A stretch of 64,000 nt of DNA from Macrostomum lignano (Eukaryota), in the NCBI GenBank assembly GCA_002269645.1, contig NIVC01002928.1, positions 9,129 to 73,128 on the forward strand, in the 5' to 3' direction. The notes under the pieces were generated by a model that worked only from the letters and a program-made list of their open reading frames with translations, ran no database searches and was not told the origin of the DNA. Each line of letters starts with the position of its first letter. The stretch's first letter is position 1. Shown here piece by piece: positions 39,430 through 53,736 of this stretch. A program made the translations under genes and the position numbers.

Positions 39430-40030
39430 TCACACCATCTCAACAACCCCACACCATCTCAACAACCCCACACCATCTCAACAACCCCACACCATCACAA
39501 CACACCCACACCATCTCAACAACCCCACACAATCTCAACAACCCCACACCATCTCAACAACCCCACACCATCTCAACAACCCCACACCATCTCAACAACC
39601 CCACACCATCACAACACACCCACACCATCTCAACAACCCCACACCATCTCAACAACCCCAAACCATCTCAACATCCCACACCATCACAACACACCCACAC
39701 CATCTCAACAACCCCACACCATCTCAACAACCCCACACTATCTCAACAACCTCACACCATCTCAACAACCCCACACCATCTCAACAACCCCACACCATCT
39801 CAACAACCCCACACCATCTCAACAACCCCACACTATCTCAACAACCCCACACCATCTCAACAACCCCAAACCATCTCAACAACCCCAAACCATCTCAACA
39901 TCCCACACAGTTTTAAACAACCCCACACCATCTCAAAAACCCCACACCATCTCAACAATCTCAATCCCAACAACCCACACCGTTCTCAAAAACCCCACAT
40001 CGTCTCAACAGCCCCAAAACAACTCAACAA
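39430..40030. repeat. About 19-bp CA-rich tandem repeat (catctcaacaaccccacac)
   Basis: Direct; related to the 38.4-39.0 kb array. Confidence 0.88.
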
Positions 40031-40390
40031 CCGCACATTACCACCCCCTACAGCAACAACCACAATATACTCGTTAAATCTGAACAATAGTGAAAACAGC
40101 GACCTAATTTCTAGAAATTGAACATCTATAAGCATGGCTAAACTAATTGGAGCAATTAATCTGCATGTGTAGGACAAAGTCGTAGACTAAACTCTGTACT
40201 TCCATATTTATTAAACAAAACTATGCACGTACATCAATTGTACGGACCGAATCAGTCACGTGACTTATCAAAAAGTCAATCAATTAGTCAGCCAACCTCA
40301 GCCAGAGAATATAAGACGTCTCCGTTGAAAGTGAGCAAGAATTTGATAGCATCAGACGGTCAGCACAATCATAGCTAGCCAATTGACACA

Positions 40391-40528
40391 ATGCGAAGGC
40401 TGCTACTGTTGCTGTTGCTCCTCACTGCACTTGTAGTGAGTCCTTCGACTTCTGCTGACGACCACACTGAGCAGAAAAACCTGTTCGAGACCGCTTGGCG
40501 GCCGCATCTGTTCAGTCTTCAGCGGGAA

Positions 40529-40559
<31 letters not shown>

Positions 40560-41191
40560 AAAACAAAAACAATAATTGCAAATCTTCACCCCAATCCGCC
40601 GTCCTCTTTCAGCTGTTGTTGCCTAGCAACGCCGAGCGAATCATTGCGGCCGGAAAAGCTGCCAGTCGATGTCAACTTCACGAGGCCCGGCTACCGACTT
40701 ATCGAGAGGTGTACGCAATGCGAGCGGCCGTGTCGGCTGACAGTCTGGACGATTTGTTCCGAGCGAACGACACGATGCTGCAGTTTGTAGCGACCGACCT
40801 GGCCGGGTACGCCTTGGCCACGGCTGCTCAGCGATTTCGCCTCATCCAGCTCAGTCCGCTGAGCGATGGCGCTCTCGCTCGCGTTGGCGTCAACTGCGTC
40901 ATCTGTCTGCGCGATGTTGACAGCGACGGCAGCGATGGAGGCTGCGATTCAACACCAGCAACTGTCGATGGCAGCCTAGACGTTGGCAGGACTGTCTATA
41001 TACTGATCTGCCTACTGTCAGTAGTGAGCTCGGTTCTGGTGGCGCTGATTATTGCCCTACTGTGCGTCAATGTTTGCCACCTGGTCTGCCGGCGTTCGGC
41101 TGTCGCTCTGGGCAACTCCGAGTTGGACGAGCTGGTGGATGCGGAGAAGATCGGGGAGCGACGGCGGCTGGAGTGCGAAAGCGGATTGTGA
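40391..41191 (+). CDS. Uncharacterised predicted type I membrane protein (266 aa)
   Basis: Signal-peptide-like MRRLLLLLLLLTALVVSPSTSA, poly-Ser tract, Cys-containing ectodomain, hydrophobic helix TVYILICLLSVVSSVLVALIIALLCVNV, short acidic tail. Confidence 0.65.
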
Positions 41192-41349
41192 GCTGGGTGC
41201 GTTTACTCTTTCGAGGATGCGCGTACACTTAATGTATAGTGTATTGGGAATTGTCTGTCAAATAGGGTCTGTCAGGGGGTGGGGTGTCCATCAGAGTGTC
41301 TACCAGAGATTTTCTGTCATGGAGTTCCTATCAAAAATTTCTGCCAAAG

Positions 41350-41885
41350 ACAGACTGCCGGAGAGTGTCTGTCAGGGAGTGTCTGTCAGGGATTGTCCGT
41401 TAGGAAGTATCTGTCAGGAAGTGTCTGTCAGGGAGTGTCTATCAGGGCGTGTCTGTCAGGAAGTATCTGTCAGGAAGTCTTTGTCAGGGAGTGTCTATCA
41501 GGGCGTGTCTGTCAGGAAGTGTCTGTCAGGAAGTGTATGTAAGGAAGTGTCTGTCAGGAAGTGTCTGTCAGGAAGTGTCTATCAGGAAGTGTCTGTCAGG
41601 GAGTGTCTGTCAGGAAGTGTCTGTCAGGAAGTGTCTGTCAGGAAGTGTCTGTCAGGGAGTGTCTGTCAGGAAGTGTCTGTCAGGAAGTGTCTATCAGGAA
41701 GTGTCTGTCAGGAAGTGTTTGTCAGGAAGTATCTGTCAGGAAGTGTCCGTCAGGAAGTGTCTGTCAGGAAGTGTCTATCAGGAAGTGTCTGTCAGGAAGT
41801 GTCTATCAGGAAGAGTCTGTCAGGAAGTGTCTATCAGGAAGTGTCTGTCAGGGAGTGTCTGTCAGGAAGTGTGTGTCAGAGTGTC
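41350..41885. repeat. 14-bp tandem repeat (gtctgtcaggaagt)
   Basis: Direct. Confidence 0.9.
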
Positions 41886-43615
41886 ATCAAAATGAGTGTA
41901 TGTTAGATAACATCTGTAAAATATTTGCCAGTCAACTGACAATGAGATGAATTCTTGGCACCAAGTGCCACTTAAATATTAAGTGTTGGAGCGCGTGTCA
42001 GAGAAGCATTCTTGATGGTTTTGTAAAACTGAATATTTATTAATATTGTTCCTTTAATTGTTAATTTCTGTCTTTTCTGGTACAAAACAAATAAATCGTC
42101 ATTTTAAAGCAATTTGCTTTCGTGAAACACAACGACTAATTTTTTAATAATTAATAATACTCTCTATACATGTAGCTGAAAGAAATAGAGATAAAATGTC
42201 AGGTTGTTTTAATTGCTAGTTTTTCTTCTTCTGCGTATTTTACCCTCTCCATTCGCCAGAGGCGGAACTGACATGGAGTTCTTCAAAAATGGAGCCTGAA
42301 ACGGAGAAATTAATAAAATCGCATCTACGTGTGGTGAGGATAAAAAAATGCAATCCAGAATTCTAGATTTTCAGTACTCCACGGCTATTGGGGCACGAAT
42401 CTATTAGCAAAGATAGCTATGGCCCCTGCGCTGCAGGCCAGAAGCAGACGGTCAGACACTGTTTCTGTATACCTAATTTAAGCCCCCGAAGGTAGGGTGG
42501 CGGCGGCGTCTTGACTGCATCGCAGCTACTAATAAATAGCTTCTATCAGTTGCTCGATCTTTGCGTAAATTCAAGAATTCTGTGCGATCAGCTAACCAGT
42601 CCGAAAAAAGACCTGTAGTTTTTATGATTTTGTTTTGCTTGCTAATAAAGTTTACGGTAGAAAATGTCTGCAAAAAACAAAAGTTATCTACGCAATTAAA
42701 CTGTCGTTAAACTGACAACTATAGCTAGTAATTTTTGTAATTAACCCGTGCAAATTCGAGTGAGGGTGGACCATTAAAGGACCATGGCTGATTTCTAGTG
42801 GCATGCTACCCGAAGGCCACGTCTCTATTAGAATTGAAGTCTTTCGGTTTCGATGGACTCGAATTGTCTTGCAGCAACGGGGTGTCTATACTTCATGGAT
42901 GTCGCCTGGTGCAGTGTCGAAAGGGTTCAGAGATCGGGACGGGCTGAAGATCCGTCATCTCGGTACACTTTTGTTGTATTGATTTTTATTGGTGTACTCG
43001 AATATTCTTCACAGAACAGAATGGATGGTCAAGTTTACAAAACTAACAATAAAAAAATCAATACAATGATTTTTAGAACGAAAATCTTATGTAATAGAAA
43101 ACTATACCATATTGAAACAAAAAAGCCAAAATAAAAAATAGGAATAAAAAAGGAATAAAAAACTACCGTAATACGAGCTAAAACAAAAACCAATAACTAT
43201 GAAAGCTATTACAACAAAAACTAATAAAATAAAGAAATAACACAACAAAAACCAATAGCTAGCTACATGCATTAAAAGCTGTAAGAAGAGATTCGAGAAT
43301 TATAAAGAGCTTAAATATTAAAATTCGTAAATTAATTTTTTTTCGTTTATTTCAGGTTTTTTTAACGATTTGATACTAACCTACACTTCACTTGAGCTTA
43401 ATATTTTCAGATAATCAAAAGAGATTAAGTTAGCTGGAGATTTCGAGCCATTTTTACAAACTTGAATGAGTAAATTTAAGTCAATTGTACTTTAGTTGGA
43501 AAGGACCAGATGGTCTGGAAAGTGGAGCATTCGATAGTTTATGCGTTTAGAACAACCGCCAGCGGTTGACTTAAGCTGGTTCTCTAAACTGTAAGCTCTA
43601 AATTACGCTAAAATG

Positions 43616-44800
<1,185 letters not shown>

Positions 44801-45632
44801 TATTGAGAGGCTGGGGCCGGAGGAAATCAAAAATGAATTATAACGCGTCGGGTGAAGTGAAAAGCAGATTAGGAAAGCAGGCAAAGCCGTGCAGAGAATT
44901 GGCTTAATTGCCACCGGTGCTGCTTACAAGGAAGGCATCTTGACCTGGCGTTTGTACTTAAGGAACCCCGCATGCGTTGCAATCCTTTCAGTTCTGCTGA
45001 TCATGCAGCTCTATAGTTCTTTGCCGTGGCTAAGCCACAGCCTGCGATTCCATTCCTGTTTTGCTAATCCTCTCACATCCCCTGCCTGCCACGGTGAATT
45101 CTTCTGCATTCCCATCATGTTCAGCCCAGCGCTTCGACTCAGCTGCCCAAGTCAGCAGTACAAGGATTCCAGCGTTTCTAGGCTGTTCGCACTTATCAGC
45201 TTTTGCTGGGATTGGCCAATAGGAACGGTAAAGCTATGTAGGAAAAGAAAAATGATGACCGCCCCTGCGAAACTAGCTAGCTATTCTTTTTCGTCTTAGT
45301 CAGCAGATCGGTTTCTTTTTTGCTCTGATAACATACAACCGACGCGGCTTGAAAGCTATGGTGGTTGACGTTTCCTGGCTTCTTCTAGGGGAGAGAATTC
45401 CTAGATGGCCAAGCAACTTTTTAAAGATGAGATGCTAATTGGATGAGTGCGCGACTTCTGGCATAAATGACCTTGGGAATGAAGTTTTGTATATGGCATG
45501 CAGAGTCTGCGTTAATACCCAGTTTCATGTGTAGTATCCAGTTTCATGTGTAGAATCTAATTTAATGTGTAGTATTCAGTTTCGTGTTTAGTATCCAGTT
45601 TCATGTGTAGTGCCTGCAGTTTTCATGTGTAG

Positions 45633-46534
45633 TGTTGTGCCCGTGCGCTTGCCCTGCCAAAGTGCACTCTGCCCCCTCGCGCGGCATACTGTATTTGTTT
45701 TGTGCTATGTTGTTGTGCCCGTGCGCTTGCACTGCTAAAGTGCACTCTGCTCCGTTTTTGTTTTTGGTGTGATAGGCTCAGCGGTGTAAGCCGCTTAGCC
45801 CTTTGGGTTGGCTGCGCGCTGGTTGGCTGGGCCGCCCTGTTTGGCCCTCCTCCCGGGCTGCCCTCCCCCAGCTGCGCCGTGATTGGCCGGTGGGTGGCTG
45901 GGCCGGGGTGGGGCGGGGGTGGGGGGGGAGCCCCCGGCCTCGGGATCATCGTGGCCTTTTAAGGCGCGGCCGAGGCGGGTGGCTGCCGGCCCGTGTTTGT
46001 TTTGTTTGCCGCACTCTACAACGCAGGCCCAGAGCGCCGATTACAGCGTCTTTAGACCGTCCTTCCCCTAACACATACGCAATAAACGTTGACCATCGGG
46101 TCCACCAGCCGCGAGCAGACCTCAGCTACGATTTATTGACCGCACGCGCAAAGGCGAGCCATCCGCGAAGTAAGTCACTGCCTTGTCTCTTTCATTTCGG
46201 GAGCTGTAGCTCAGGGGGGACCAGGCCAGGTAGTCAGCTAGGGGTCACCCTGTACTGTAAGCCCGCTGTACATAGACGCCAGCTTGTGCGCCCTGACGCC
46301 CTGCTGAAGGTGATCGACATCACAGCGTCCCTACGCGTGTGCCGGACACTTGGGTGCGTCCTGACGCCCAGACCTAGGGTCCCGTTCCCTACGCGTGTGC
46401 CGGACACTTGGGTGCGTCCTGACGCCCCAGACCTAGGGTCCCGTGCGGACACTCGCGCCCCGACGCAGGCCAGCACGGGCCCACGTACTCTGACCCTCGT
46501 AGGTGCACCCTTCCTGAGAGTCGTGAGTACAATA
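45633..46534 (+). mobile_element. Solo LTR (probably Ty3/gypsy-type), 902 bp
   Basis: Termini TGTTGT...ACAATA flanked by a 4-bp direct repeat GTAG (45629-45632 and 46535-46538), inserted in a 19-bp array (tttcatgtgtagtatccag). Internal CCAAT/GC boxes, TATA-like tttaagg, and AATAAA at about 46081. Confidence 0.75.
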
Positions 46535-46702
46535 GTAGTATTCAGCTTCATGTGTAGTATCCAATTTAATGTGTAGTATCCAGTTTCATGTGTACCCAGA
46601 ATCATGTACATGTATAGCTATCTCATTAAATTCACATGCTTATTTCTTTTTTCAGTCTGACATTAGCCTGATGCAAAGTCAATTCAGTCTATGTCAATTT
46701 CA

Positions 46703-47001
46703 TTAATAATAATAATTTTTACCTGCCCTAACGGCAGATGTGCGACCGACAGCTCAGCCACAGCTATTGCGCGGCGCATCTGAAGGCTGCGTACGGCTGT
46801 TCAGTCCAAGGACTGGGGGGTCGCCACACGCACCCTCAATTACCCCAGCTAATGCTGGCACCCATTTTACAGCTGGGTGAACTGAAGCAATGCAGAGTTA
46901 AGCGTCTTGCTCAAGGACACAAATTGTTCGAGTGAGATCGGGAATCGAACCCCGACCTTCCAGTCGTGAGTCCGACGCTCTAACCACTAGGCTACAACCC
47001 C
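46703..47001 (-). mobile_element. tRNA-derived SINE, full-length, with TSD
   Basis: Same family as 1692-2039; flanked by direct repeat CAATTTCA (46695-46702 and 47002-47009). Confidence 0.88.
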
Positions 47002-47540
47002 CAATTTCACTAGATATGTGCTTAACCTTGCGAAGCATTATCCATAGTCTCTGACGAATGAAAAGTGCACAAATAAGATTCAATCCATATTGAATGCCCT
47101 GCAGACATTCTCTCGTCCTCCTCTCTCCGCAATGCACCCTGCGGTTACATTATTCAGGCGAGAAAAAAGTCTTCTTCAGCTAATATGTAGTAGAGGCAAA
47201 AGCAGAAGTTTGACTATTATAGAAGGCGGCAGCTGATGATGGAGCGATGCGGTAAAAGCTTGAGGGGGAATGCAGCCCCAACAGATGGCATTCCGGTAGA
47301 AGAGTTCGGTAGAACAGACGGTTGGCCGAGGGTCAATAATGCAACAGTCTGTTTAACAGTGCAGCATCTGATGACGCTGACTGAGCATCTGACCTGCTAG
47401 GCTTGATGCTGACCGCTTGTAGTATCCGGTTTAATCTGTGGCACACAGTTTTATGTCTACAAACCCCATGAACTCATCCAGTCCTGACCTCATGAAATCA
47501 CAAGCTCTTGAACTTCTGTGCCTGTGAACTAGGAACTGAA

Positions 47541-47783
47541 TTGGAATCTCGGCTTGGCTCTGCTCGTGCAATTAACGCCAACCTAGGGCCAATTTAGGGC
47601 CAACCCCCAAGGCACAGTGAAGTGTACTTGCTTAACGATAAATAATAGAGGTAGGGCCGCTGTACACTCCTGTGTGAGTGTGTGCCTGCGCGTATGTCAG
47701 CGTACGTATCCGCGCGCTTGTTTGCCTGCTCAGGGGCGTTGGCGGAATGTGTGATAATGTCGCTTAAAGTGCTCCAGGGTGCA
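47541..47783 (-). mobile_element. Second copy of the unclassified dispersed repeat at 20183-20460
   Basis: Reverse-complement similarity across about 240 bp. Confidence 0.75.
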
Positions 47784-47807
47784 CACAGCCCCCTGCCTCT
47801 AATAAAA

Positions 47808-48028
47808 AGCCCATGAACTACTGAACTGCTGAGCCCATGAACTACTGAACTTCTGAGCCCATGAACTACTGAACTGCTGAGCCCATGAACTACTGAACTT
47901 CTGAGCCCATGAACTACTGAACTGCTGAGCCCACGAACTACTGAACTGCTGAGCCCATGAACTACTGAACTGCTGAGCCCATGAACTACTGAACTGCTGA
48001 GCCCATGAACTACTGAACTGCTGAGCCG
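47808..48028. repeat. 24-bp tandem repeat (agcccatgaactactgaactgctg)
   Basis: Direct. Confidence 0.92.
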
Positions 48029-48589
48029 ACTCCACACTAAACATGGTTGATTCCCAAATTTTCTCTCAGCAAATAGCCAGCCATGCAGATCCACTTGTCC
48101 TTGATCGAGAAAAAGTTTCTGTTAATTCCCACCCGAGCTCCAACCCTCCGCCCAAGACTTTTCGAGTATGTTCGAGTAACTATAGCCTGCCCCAATCCAG
48201 TAGGAATAGCAAAGCAAATGTTTGATTTAAGCCTCAGGGTCTGCTACTGGTTGGGAATCCGGCATATGGAGCCTTGTGGAGAAGTTCATCTACAAAACTG
48301 CTTGATCTGATCGTTAAATTCCATGTCACTGCTAACATCCGAACCCCTAGATTATAACAGTTATCTTCTCATCCTTCTTTCTTGCGCTGTTTTGTCTCTT
48401 CTCTCTTGTCCTGTGTCTCTCTTGAGTGTCTAGTTTTGTATAGATCTCGTCCTGTCTTTCCTCCATTTTTCTTGTCCTTTCTATCTTATCTAATCTTCTT
48501 GTCTCCTCTTTCTGTCTTTTATTTGTCTTGCGCGTTTCTCTTTCTTGTCTTGTGCCCCAGCTACCCCAAAAAAGTCAATAAATGTCTGT

Positions 48590-48814
<225 letters not shown>

Positions 48815-50099
48815 CGTTTGTGTCCGTCACGCCTGGATGAGGCAATATTGGGCAAGGCCCAGACCGAATCGATGGACCAGCAGCGGTCGACACGCTAAAA
48901 TTGACTTGCTCAGCTCTGCCTCTCTGCAGATTCTGCGGCTTAATAAAAATGAGAACCTCATCGAATACAAGAGTCAGGTGACACGAGGCTCACTGACCGA
49001 ATTCTACAAACTGTTTACGGAGAGTGCACATGCCTGAAGATTTAGAAAGTCAGGGGCCGCTGTACACCCTGTTGTGAGCGTGTGCATGAGTGCTGTGCAT
49101 GAGTACAGTATTGGCACGTTTGTATGTGCTCAGATATAATTTATCTTTTCCTGCAAAAATCAAACTGACCATTGGGTGGGTGGCTGCAGTTTTTGCGGCG
49201 TTGGTTCAGAAAATCAGAGTTTCTACTCACGAATAGCCTTAGATCAAGTTGACTTAATTCCTTGTGACCTTTTTTGTTCTTCACTTGCTTTCGCAATGTG
49301 ACTACTAACGATTTAGTAGTTTACAATCGTTAGGTTAACGTTTAGGTTAGAGTTTAGTTTATGGTTCGGTTCGGTGCTCTCGCCACCTTTCTCCCTTCCT
49401 CCATTCACTCTGTCGCTTTCACCATTCACTCGCAATCTTGACCCAACTTCACTTGAGATCTCTTTTGGATCCTCTCTTCTTCCATTTGAATATGTATCAC
49501 CCCAGTCTCACAATGCACCCATCAAGATGCACGTCGCTTTCTGCCCAGCCTTTTGTGCCTCTTTCTCATTCGATATTTGCCTACGAGTATATAGCTCAAG
49601 TGGACAGGTATTGTGCCGCCGTTAACAAAGTTTGACCCGCGATTGAAAAGAAATTGTTGGTCAAGTCAATTCTAGCAGATCTACCGAGATTAATGAAATT
49701 GCTGCATTTGGATGACCAAGAAATTCTATACGTCTCATGATTAGTTTACTTGTAATTTCGCTTACTCTTATGCCATTGCTGATAGGAAGCGATGTAGAGC
49801 TGTCGCTCAATTGTAGCAGAGTTTGTAGGCAATTACTGATTGGCTCTGAAATATGAGCGCTAATGCTCTATGTGAATTATTATTTGAGCGAAACTCTATC
49901 AGAAATTGCATTTGAGGTACGCTTGTACTCGTATCAATCGATATGAGTTACTCAGATATCCTCTCATTTTGAATTTTCGCAGGTTTTGAACTCTTTTTCT
50001 GAAGACCCTGAAACCCTATCTGAAGATCTGAAGACCCTGAAACCCAATCTGAAGATCTGAAGACCCTGAAACGCTATCTGAAGATCTGAAGACCTTCAC

Positions 50100-50575
50100 C
50101 CTCATATAATGCTTTTGTCACTCTTGGTGCACTTTCTTGCTGAGCACTGATTGGCTGGACGTTTTTTTTCTCTAGCTGTCTGTACCCCTCCTCCATCCCT
50201 GACTACCCCATGCGCGTTACTTTCTCTCCTTGCGCGGCGCTGATTGGCTGGAGAAGGCTGGGCGGGGCGCTGTCTGCGCGGCTGGGGTGGGGTCGCTTGT
50301 TAAGCCTGCATGCCCCCCGTGCCGGCTGTGGCCTATATAGGCCTAGTCGCACTGAAAGACATCATGCCAGTTTGCATTAGTAAGCTAAGAAGTTAAATAA
50401 GGTACACGTATTGCCAGCTAAGCAAAGTGAGCTGTGTTTCGCAGTCTTCGTTCTATCGGTTGCTTAGGGGAACCTAAGGGGAGTTGTGTTCGGACACCCA
50501 GTCACGTGGGAGCGTCCTGACGCGGGCAATCAAGGACACGTGTACCAATACTGCACTAGTATACATTTGAACTGT
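50100..50575 (+). mobile_element. Possible degenerate LTR or promoter-like insert
   Basis: gattggc (CCAAT) x2, GC box and tatata, plus ggacac...gcgtcctgacgc shared with the solo LTR; interrupts a ctgaagaccctgaaa repeat; termini and TSD not resolved. Confidence 0.3.
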
Positions 50576-52539
50576 TATCTGAAGACCCTGAAATAAATCT
50601 TAAGACACGGAAGTGTTATCGCTTCACACGGCGCTCTTAAATCCCATTTCACCCATCTAGCCAACACCCCCCCCCCGAATCCAGACGAGCAGAGGTGCCT
50701 AAATTATTGAACAGCTTTTTAACATCCTATGCCTCTAGAAGAGGGCATAAAAGAAATCGAATTAATTAAGAAATCTAAAATGGGAAATGAAATCTCCGGT
50801 ACGATATATTTTGCTGCTGCCATTCGAATTCTTAAAACTATTTGATATTCTCAATCGGCCGGATTTTGTCTCGCGTTTCAATTAAATAAATAATTAATTA
50901 AACTGCTACTTTGCTTCCAGACAAGCGATGGGGTGGATGCAGAGTGACAAAACAAGATCGGGTTAGATAGCTGCCGCCGATTTCAAGTTGGCTGACTGGT
51001 TGGCTGCACTTTTGGAATTAATTAATCCTGGCCTGTGGGATCTCCTCGTCAGCAATTGTGTGTGGGCCGGCTCTGCCGCTACCAGCAGGCAGGGGGTGGT
51101 TAAGCCTATTTTTGGCCTCGGGCAGTCCGGGTTGCGGGGCGAGGTGAAGACCAGCAACGGGGGCGAATATTGAGCGCGAAAAATGTTTTCCTGCGATGGT
51201 GTAGTACATGCTTTCCCAATCAGGCCGGCTGCATGGCCAGCTACCGCCAGATTGCGGTTGTCAAATTGCATTCTCTCGAATTTGAAAAGCAGAGGAAAAA
51301 TTCCAGCGTACTTTGATTTGAATTAGTTTAGATTGCCGTAAAATTATTCTCAGGATGTTCACGTCCCAGAGTAAACATGTTCACATCCCCGTGACATCAT
51401 GTTCACATCCCCGCGACACCATGTACTTCACATCTGCGTGACATCATGTTCCCATCTGCGTGACATCATGTTCACATCCCCAGGCAATCATGTTTCTTAT
51501 ACCTGTGACATCATCATGTCCACATCCCCGTGACATCATGTGCTTCACATCTCCTTGACGTCATTTTCTAATCCCCGAGGATATCCTCATCCTCAGATTG
51601 CATGAAGTGTCCCTCAGCTTCCAGCGTTATCCTAAATCACCACTGTTGTCCGTAATTCCTAAACCCATAGTCTACTATCCGTAATCACGAATTTCACATA
51701 ATTATTCCGATATTAACATCGATCTAGCACGCTCGTATCCTCATGACATAATCTTCATATTGCCTTGGCATTATCTTCATATAACCCACTCGTCCTCAAA
51801 AAACTTTCAGATCCCATACCTCCAAGCTAGCATCCCCGATATCCTCTCAATCATCCACAAGTGACCGGAACACAATCATCTGATCCATGATATCGCATCT
51901 GTGGGCGGCGGCTACCAAGACCTCTGATGCACCGAATTTTCGAGCACTTTCATTTGCCAGCATCCAATGTCCCAACCCGCATCGCCCACTTCAGTTGCTA
52001 TGCATTTGGGCTGCCCCTACAAACCTCGAGAGGCCTAATCTCCCCTCCAAATCCTGCCACCCACCTCCCTATGCATTTTTACTAAGATTGCAGTTTAGTA
52101 GCATAAATCACAGAGTTATCGCGCCAGATCCTGCAACTTTGGTATAATTAATCCAAGGTACTGCACTGCATTTTAGATACAAAGGCTATTTTACATTATT
52201 TTTCTGTCCAAAGAAATTTTTTTGCAATAGAACACTCAAATATATCAAATATTCTTTTCTAACAATTTTGTGTGCAAAAGTAATATTCGGAGCAATAATA
52301 CGATTTACATTTTAGTTAGGTGCAATAAAAATTGGCTGACAATAACATTACGAGTATTAACAGATTAATCTCTCATGGCGCTTTTACTTATGTAAATTCT
52401 CTTCAAAAATGTCTTTTTTCTACATAAAGCAGCATATTTGCAGGCAATCGATAAGGTGTATCTACTGATGTGTCTTTAAAGCCGAAATTATCGCGAAAAC
52501 TTTTCAAACGTTCAGGGGCCAAGTGGAAAAACCGATTTG

Positions 52540-53185
52540 GCGCCGATGGTACCAATTAAGCGCCTCTAGGATCTTATTTGGCGCCTCGAGTATCTATTTG
52601 GCGCCACTAGGATCTATTTAGTGCTGATGGGATTTATTTGGCGCCTCTAGGATCTATTTGGTGCTGATGGGATTTATTTGACGCCTCTAGGATCTATTTA
52701 GTGCTGATGGGATTTATTTGGCACCGATGGGATCTATTTGGCGCCGATGGGATCTATTTGGCGCCTCGAGTATCTATTTGACGCCTCTAGGATCGATTTA
52801 GCGCCGGTGGGATTTATTTGGTGCCTCGAGTATCTTTTTGGCGCCTCTAGGATCTATTTAGCGCCGATGGGATTTATTTGGCGCCTCTAGGATCTATTTG
52901 GCGCTGATGGTACCTATTTAGCGCCTCTAGGATCTATTTGACGCCTCGAGTATCTATTTGGCGCCTCGAGTATCTATTTACCGCTGATGGTATTTATTTG
53001 GCGCCGATGGGAGTTTTTTAGCGCCTCTAGGATCTATTTGGCGCCGATGGGATCTATTTGGCGCCTCGAGCATTTATTTAGGGGCTAATATGACCTATTT
53101 GGCGCCGATGGGATCTATTTGGCGACTCGAGTATTTATTTGGCGCCTCTAGTATCTATTTAGCGCCGATGGGATCTATTTTGCGC
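52540..53185. repeat. 20-bp tandem repeat with two alternating variants (gcgcctctaggatctatttg / gcgccgatgggatctatttg)
   Basis: Direct. Confidence 0.9.
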
Positions 53186-53534
53186 TAGTAAATATACAAG
53201 CATCACAAAAATTATTTAAAAGTTAAGCACAGTGAGCTCTCCTTCAAGAGTTTCCCCATTGAGTACAAGTACTGTGGCTAGTGCAGTTCAGTGCATCCTG
53301 CACAAAGCGATGCTCAAAAATCAAAGAATTCTGTGGTGCAGCAAGCAAGCGAGTGGGAGGCGCATATACAGCACGCTTTCAACACTATCGTATAGAAAAT
53401 TGCCAGATATATAAATTCCTTATGAATTACGCAGAGAATACTAAGTAAGCCAGTAATTTATTAAAAATATCGCATAAAATTCGTCAAAAAGACACTAAAG
53501 ACAGGCGCTAGAGGTGACGGACACAAACGGATAG

Positions 53535-53732
<198 letters not shown>

Positions 53733-53736
53733 TATG

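Noticed and set aside
47040-47530. Possible LINE or transposase fragment between SINE and dispersed repeat
   Set aside because: Frames I translated by hand are interrupted and show no recognisable motif.
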